Below are positions 27,974 to 32,000 of a DNA stretch of 32,000 bases, piece after piece (within the stretch, counting starts at the first letter, position 1; each line of letters starts with the position of its first letter). The DNA comes from Alkalilimnicola ehrlichii MLHE-1 (GTDB lineage Bacteria > Pseudomonadota > Gammaproteobacteria > Nitrococcales > Halorhodospiraceae). The stretch is from the NCBI RefSeq assembly GCF_000014785.1, contig NC_008340.1, positions 2,250,001 through 2,282,000 of the forward strand, in the 5' to 3' direction. The notes under the pieces are model-generated. The model saw nothing but the letters and a program-made list of their open reading frames with translations, made no database searches and was not told the origin of the DNA. The translations under genes and the position numbers were made by a program.

Positions 27974-29932
27974 TCAGTCCCCGCGGGCGGCGTTGCTCTT
28001 TGCTTCGCCGGCCCGGGCCTGCTCGGTGAGCAGGGCGTTGACCCGCTTGACGAAGGCGGCCGGGTCCTCCAGCTGCCCGCCCTCGGTGAGCAGGGCCTGG
28101 TCGTAGAGCACCGCCGCCCAATCGCTGAAGCGGGCATCGTCCAGCCCCGTGTCCATGCGCTGAACGATGGGGTGGTCGATGTTGATCTCCAGCGCCGGCT
28201 TGCCCTGGGGCATAGCGTGGCCGGCGGCCTTGAGCAACCGCTGCATGCCCATGCCGAAGTCGTACTCGCCCACCACCAGGCAGGCCGGGGAGTCGGTCAG
28301 GCGGGTGGAGACCCGCACCTCGCTCACCTTGTCCTCCAGCGCGCCCTTGAGCTTCTCCAGCAGGTCCTTGTGGCTTTCGGTGGCCTCTTCCGCGGCCTTC
28401 TTCTCCGCCTGGTCCTCCAGCTCGCCCAGGTCCAGGCCGCCCTTGGCCACCGACTTCAGCGGCTTGCCGTCGTATTCATTCAGGTGGGTGATGACCCACT
28501 CGTCCACCGGGTCGGGCAGCAGCAGCACTTCGACCCCCTTCTTGCGGAACACCTCCAGGTGGGGACTGTTGCGGGCGGCGTTGAAGCTCTCGGCGGTGAC
28601 GTAGTAGATGGCCTCCTGGCCCTCTTTCATACGGGCGATGTAGTCGTCCAGGCTGACATCCGGCGTCTCATTCTCGTCTTGGGTGGTGGAGAAGCGCAGC
28701 AGCTTGGCGATGCGCTCGCGGTTGGCGAAGTCCTCGGCCACGCCCTCCTTCAGCACCTTGCCGAAGTTGCCGTAGAACTCGGCGTACTGCTCCGGCTCGT
28801 TCTTGGCCATCTTCTCCAGGCGGTCGAGAATGCGCTTGACCGAGGCGCTGCGGATCTTGTCCAGGAGCGGGTTGTGCTGGAGCAGCTCGCGGGAGACGTT
28901 GAGCGGCAGGTCGTCGGAGTCCACCAGGCCACGCACGAAGCGCAGGTAGCGCGGCATCAGCTTCTCGGTGTCCTCCATGATGAAGACCCGGCGCACGTAG
29001 AGCTTGATGCCGTGGGCCGGCTCCCGCTCGTAGAGGTCGAAGGGCGGGTTCTTCGGAATGTAGAGCAGCGAGGTGTAGGACTGGCGCCCCTCCACGTGGT
29101 TGTGCAGCCAGACCATGGGGTCGTCGAAGTCGTGGGCCACGTGCTTGTAGAAGGCCTTGTAGTCGTCGTCGCTGATCTCCGACTTGGGGCGCATCCACAG
29201 GGCGTTGGTGTTGTTCACCGTCTCCCAGGTCTCGGCGGCTTCCGCCTTTTCGGCCTCATCTTCCGGCTCGTCCTTGTCCTCGGCCTGGGCCGGCATCTGG
29301 ATGGGCACGTCGATGTGGTCAGAGTAGCGGCGGATGATGCCCTTCAGCCGCCAGTCGTCCAGGTATTCGCTCTGGGATTCGGGCAGGGTCAGCACCACCC
29401 GGGTGCCGCGCTCCGCCACTTCCTCGTTCTCCAGGGTGTAGGCGCCCTTGCCGTCGGAGGACCAGCGCACCCCGTGCTCGGCGCCCAGGCCGGCCTTGCG
29501 GGTATGCACGGTGACGTGCTCGGCCACCACGAAGGCCGAGTAGAAGCCCACGCCGAACTGGCCGATCAGCTTGGCGTCCTTTTGCTGGTCGCCGGTGAGC
29601 TGATCCAGGAAGGCCTTGGTGCCGGAGCGGGCAATGGTACCCAGGTTCTCCGCCACCTCGTCGCGGGTCATGCCGATGCCGTTGTCGGCCACGGTGATGG
29701 TGCGGGCGTCCTTGTCCACGGAGACGCGGATACGCAGGTCGCCCTCGCCCTCGAGCAGGGATTCATCCTGCAGGGACTGGAAGCGGAGCTTGTCGATGGC
29801 GTCCGAGGCGTTGGAGATCAGCTCGCGGAGGAAGATGTCCTTGTTGGAGTAGAGCGAGTGGATCATCAGGTGCAGGAGCTGCTGCACCTCGGCCTGGAAC
29901 TCCAGGGTTTCCTTGTGTGCGTCTGTCGCCAT
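27974..29932 (-). CDS. htpG: molecular chaperone HtpG (Hsp90)
   Basis: 652 aa. [71 protein letters not shown]. Confidence 0.97.
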   Translation of the reverse strand: MATDAHKETLEFQAEVQQLLHLMIHSLYSNKDIFLRELISNASDAIDKLRFQSLQDESLLEGEGDLRIRVSVDKDARTITVADNGIGMTRDEVAENLGTIARSGTKAFLDQLTGDQQKDAKLIGQFGVGFYSAFVVAEHVTVHTRKAGLGAEHGVRWSSDGKGAYTLENEEVAERGTRVVLTLPESQSEYLDDWRLKGIIRRYSDHIDVPIQMPAQAEDKDEPEDEAEKAEAAETWETVNNTNALWMRPKSEISDDDYKAFYKHVAHDFDDPMVWLHNHVEGRQSYTSLLYIPKNPPFDLYEREPAHGIKLYVRRVFIMEDTEKLMPRYLRFVRGLVDSDDLPLNVSRELLQHNPLLDKIRSASVKRILDRLEKMAKNEPEQYAEFYGNFGKVLKEGVAEDFANRERIAKLLRFSTTQDENETPDVSLDDYIARMKEGQEAIYYVTAESFNAARNSPHLEVFRKKGVEVLLLPDPVDEWVITHLNEYDGKPLKSVAKGGLDLGELEDQAEKKAAEEATESHKDLLEKLKGALEDKVSEVRVSTRLTDSPACLVVGEYDFGMGMQRLLKAAGHAMPQGKPALEINIDHPIVQRMDTGLDDARFSDWAAVLYDQALLTEGGQLEDPAAFVKRVNALLTEQARAGEAKSNAARGD

Positions 29933-30007
29933 GGGCTCCCTCTTTTCCCAAGTCTTGGTGGCAATAATGTCTGCTCATACGTGGGCAGGCATCGTCGGAT
30001 GCAACTC

Positions 30008-30038
30008 GGGATGGGGGCGACCGAAGCGTTTTTCAAGG
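30008..30038 (-). promoter_or_regulatory. sigma-32 (RpoH) heat-shock promoter of htpG
   Basis: The minus strand reads CCTTGAAAAA (-35; CTTGAAA = complement of 30031-30037), a 14-nt spacer, then CCCCATCC (-10; CCCCAT = complement of 30011-30016). The consensus is CTTGAAA-N13-17-CCCCATNT. It lies about 75 nt upstream of the htpG ATG, and the -35 element overlaps the nikR stop codon (30033-30035). Confidence 0.75.
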
Positions 30039-30452
30039 CGTCTTGCGAGCGATCATCGGGATACGGTGCAAACGGCCATGCTGTATACCGGGCCTGGCCA
30101 TGACTGACTCGGCAAACCCTTCAATCTGAGCAGCCTCTCCCTTGAGCATGACCGCCTCCACACAGAGGTCGTGATCCACGTGCATATGCAACGTCGTCAC
30201 CGTCAGATCGAAATGTGCATGATGGGCCTCGGTTAACCGCTTGGCCAGTTCACGCTCTTTGTGGTCATAAAGATAGGTCAGCACCCCAACGCACGGCGTA
30301 TCCGGACGCTCATCGAGTGCCTCGGAGCCTAGCGCACCACGGATCAGGTCGCGAACAGCCTCGGACCGGTTGTTATACCCCCGCCTCTCCAGAAAGTTAT
30401 CGAACTCGGCCGCCAATCCGCTTTCCAATGAGACCGTCACCCGCTCACTCAT
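30033..30452 (-). CDS. nikR: nickel-responsive transcriptional regulator NikR
   Basis: 139 aa from the ATG at 30450-30452. It has the ribbon-helix-helix MSERVTVSLESGLAAEFDNFLERRGYNNRSEAVRDLIR. All four high-affinity Ni-site residues of E. coli NikR are conserved by eye-alignment: H76 in AHHAH, H87/H89 in LHMHV, and C95 in HDLC. The track ORF adds 24 codons that lie inside the kinase gene. Confidence 0.9.
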   Translation of the reverse strand: MSERVTVSLESGLAAEFDNFLERRGYNNRSEAVRDLIRGALGSEALDERPDTPCVGVLTYLYDHKERELAKRLTEAHHAHFDLTVTTLHMHVDHDLCVEAVMLKGEAAQIEGFAESVMARPGIQHGRLHRIPMIARKTP

Positions 30453-31857
30453 CCGGACACCCCACGCTGCTCTCATCTGTCTCCAACGGCAGCCGCAGGC
30501 GGAACAACGCCCCGCCTTGGACATGGTTGTCGCCGCTTAGCTGGCCCCCATGACGCTCCACTATCCCAAAGCTGACCGAGAGCCCCAGTCCGGTTCCCTT
30601 CCCCACGGGTTTGGTGGAAAAAAAGGGATCAAATATCCGCCCCAATGCCTCCTCATCAATCCCTGGCCCGTTATCGTGGAACCAGAGCTCTACCATTCCA
30701 TCCACCACATGACCGGAGATTCGCAACACTGGATCCGGGCACCCCTGCAAGGCATCAACCGCGTTGCTCACGAGGTTAACGACCACCTGCTGCATCTGCC
30801 CCTGTGAGCCACGGACCCAGTACGGCTGCTGCAAGGCATGGACAACGGAAACGGGGTGGGATACCGCCTTCTCCACCCAATGCACTGATCGCTCCACCAC
30901 CTCCCGCAGATCAAACACCTGATCCGCATCCCGGTCTACTGCTGCAAAACGTTTCAAGGCATCCACGATATCGTGCGTGCGCTCAGCCCCTTCGACTGTC
31001 CCCTCGAGTAGCGGCGCAATATCCTCCAGGACGTAGTCGATGCGGAGTTTACTCCTCAGGCGTTGCTGCTCTTCCGCGCTCACTCCCCGGTGGATGGCGC
31101 CCAGATACTCCTCAAGACGCCCGAGATAACGCTTCAGGGCGAAGGCATTACCCACGACAAAGCTAATGGGATTGTTCAGCTCATGGGCCACACCGGCAAC
31201 CAGCTGACCGATCGATGCCAGCTTTTCGCTTTGAATGAGTTGCTGTTGGGTCCGCTTCAAGCTCTCATGGGCCTCACTTAAGTCATGGTAAGCCTGTCGC
31301 AGTTCGCCGACCGGCCGCCCGATCAAAACCAATCCCTGAATCCGTCCGATCCGGTCACGCAGAGGCGCACAGTTCACCGCCACCGGGTTATGGCCGCCCC
31401 GGTGATCAACGAAGTTGACCTCGCAATCATTAACCGCCACAGCCTCGGCATGCTCAAAAACGCCCCTGGTCAACAGGCGATCACGGGATGCCTGATCGGC
31501 AAGGAGATCCCGCAGCGGCCGCCCCACCAGTACATCGCTACCCTCTCCTACCAGCTGTTCCATAGCCGGGTTCACCCGCTGGACCCGCCCCTGGTGATCG
31601 CACACCACCAGGACATCCGACATGGCGGAGAGCACACTAAAGAGAAACTGCTGGGAGCGCTCCAGTTCTGCATTCTTGCGCTCGAGCTCCGTCTCGTTCT
31701 CCAGCAGTTCGCTGTAGACCTCATCCATCCGATGGATGACTTCCAGCCAGGTTTGCTCGTCGAAGCTGCCCTCGGAATCGGTCTGCCCTGCCCCGGGCGA
31801 CATGGCCTGATTGAGCAGGGTCTCCGCCCCACGTCGATGTCTTGAACGTTCACCCAT
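30445..31857 (-). CDS. hupT: soluble PAS-domain sensor histidine kinase, HoxJ/HupT-like (H2-signalling kinase candidate)
   Basis: 470 aa with no TM segment. It has a coiled-coil plus PAS (FLFSVLSAMSDVLVVCDHQGRVQRVNPAMEQLVG). The kinase core is intact: H-box GVAHELNNPISF, N-box NLVSNAVDAL, G1 DNGPGI, F-box FDPFFSTK, G2 GTGLGLSVS. It starts 22 nt after the stop of a regulatory-hydrogenase-like large-subunit gene. The symbol is assigned from context only. Confidence 0.85.
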   Translation of the reverse strand: MGERSRHRRGAETLLNQAMSPGAGQTDSEGSFDEQTWLEVIHRMDEVYSELLENETELERKNAELERSQQFLFSVLSAMSDVLVVCDHQGRVQRVNPAMEQLVGEGSDVLVGRPLRDLLADQASRDRLLTRGVFEHAEAVAVNDCEVNFVDHRGGHNPVAVNCAPLRDRIGRIQGLVLIGRPVGELRQAYHDLSEAHESLKRTQQQLIQSEKLASIGQLVAGVAHELNNPISFVVGNAFALKRYLGRLEEYLGAIHRGVSAEEQQRLRSKLRIDYVLEDIAPLLEGTVEGAERTHDIVDALKRFAAVDRDADQVFDLREVVERSVHWVEKAVSHPVSVVHALQQPYWVRGSQGQMQQVVVNLVSNAVDALQGCPDPVLRISGHVVDGMVELWFHDNGPGIDEEALGRIFDPFFSTKPVGKGTGLGLSVSFGIVERHGGQLSGDNHVQGGALFRLRLPLETDESSVGCPDE

Positions 31858-31879
31858 CGCCCGTTCGGGCCTCCGCTAG

Positions 31880-32000
31880 TCAGTGCACGGTACACACCAT
31901 ACAGGGATCAAACGACCGCACCACATGCTGGACCGCTACCGACTCCCCCGCATCCGCAGCAGGTGTCCCTACCAGCGCCTGCTCCAGCGGCCCGGGCACA
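31880..32000 (-). CDS. hupV: [NiFe]-hydrogenase large subunit, C-terminal 39 codons; probably the H2-sensing (regulatory, HupV/HoxC-type) hydrogenase
   Basis: The reverse complement of 31883-32000 reads ...VPGPLEQALVGTPAADAGESVAVQHVVRSFDPCMVCTVH, followed by TGA at 31880-31882. DPCxxCxxH is the C-terminal Ni-Fe ligand motif. The protein ends exactly at the His with no cleavable extension. The gene continues beyond the window. Confidence 0.8.
   Translation of the reverse strand, partial: VPGPLEQALVGTPAADAGESVAVQHVVRSFDPCMVCTVH

Noticed and set aside
29975-29980. TCATAC hexamer (a NikR operator half-site in E. coli) in the htpG 5' leader next to nikR.
   Set aside because: No GTATGA partner exists at the 16-nt spacing on either strand, and a lone hexamer is expected by chance.

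Overview
High-GC (about two-thirds G+C by eye) chromosomal segment, probably gammaproteobacterial. The call rests on E. coli-like synteny: carAB, yadGH, mltD-gloB-yafS-rnhA-dnaQ and minCDE. No rRNA, tRNA, CRISPR array, transposase or integrase was recognised. About 30 genes are supported. Most long ORFs in the track that lie antisense to these genes are GC-driven shadow ORFs. All calls come from reading translations and motifs by eye; no similarity search was possible.

The first ~17.5 kb is housekeeping: carB (partial), carA, yadG/yadH, pncB-type NAPRTase, an H-NS-like protein, an unknown 407-aa protein, pdxH, a long NfeD protease, a HAD hydrolase, dnaQ, rnhA, a yafS-like gene, gloB, mltD and minCDE.

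The accessory-looking part starts after minC:
- An orphan CI/LexA-like S24 repressor lies divergent from a small hydrophobic ORF.
- A minus-strand operon encodes an unusually long (724 aa) sodium:solute symporter, a 79-aa 2-TM protein and a membrane-anchored TPR protein.
- The most interesting locus lies across a 404-bp AT-rich control region from that operon. It is a tight three-gene operon (22692..27907): a cNMP-like/CBS/DUF294 nucleotidyltransferase, a second DUF294-only paralogue, and a 729-aa membrane HAMP-PAS pseudo-histidine-kinase fused to a complete DEDDh (DnaQ-like) exonuclease. I know of no assigned function for this module.

The right end carries htpG with a textbook sigma-32 promoter. 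It also carries the tail of an H2-sensing module: a regulatory [NiFe]-hydrogenase large-subunit C-terminus, then a HoxJ/HupT-like kinase, then a translationally coupled NikR.
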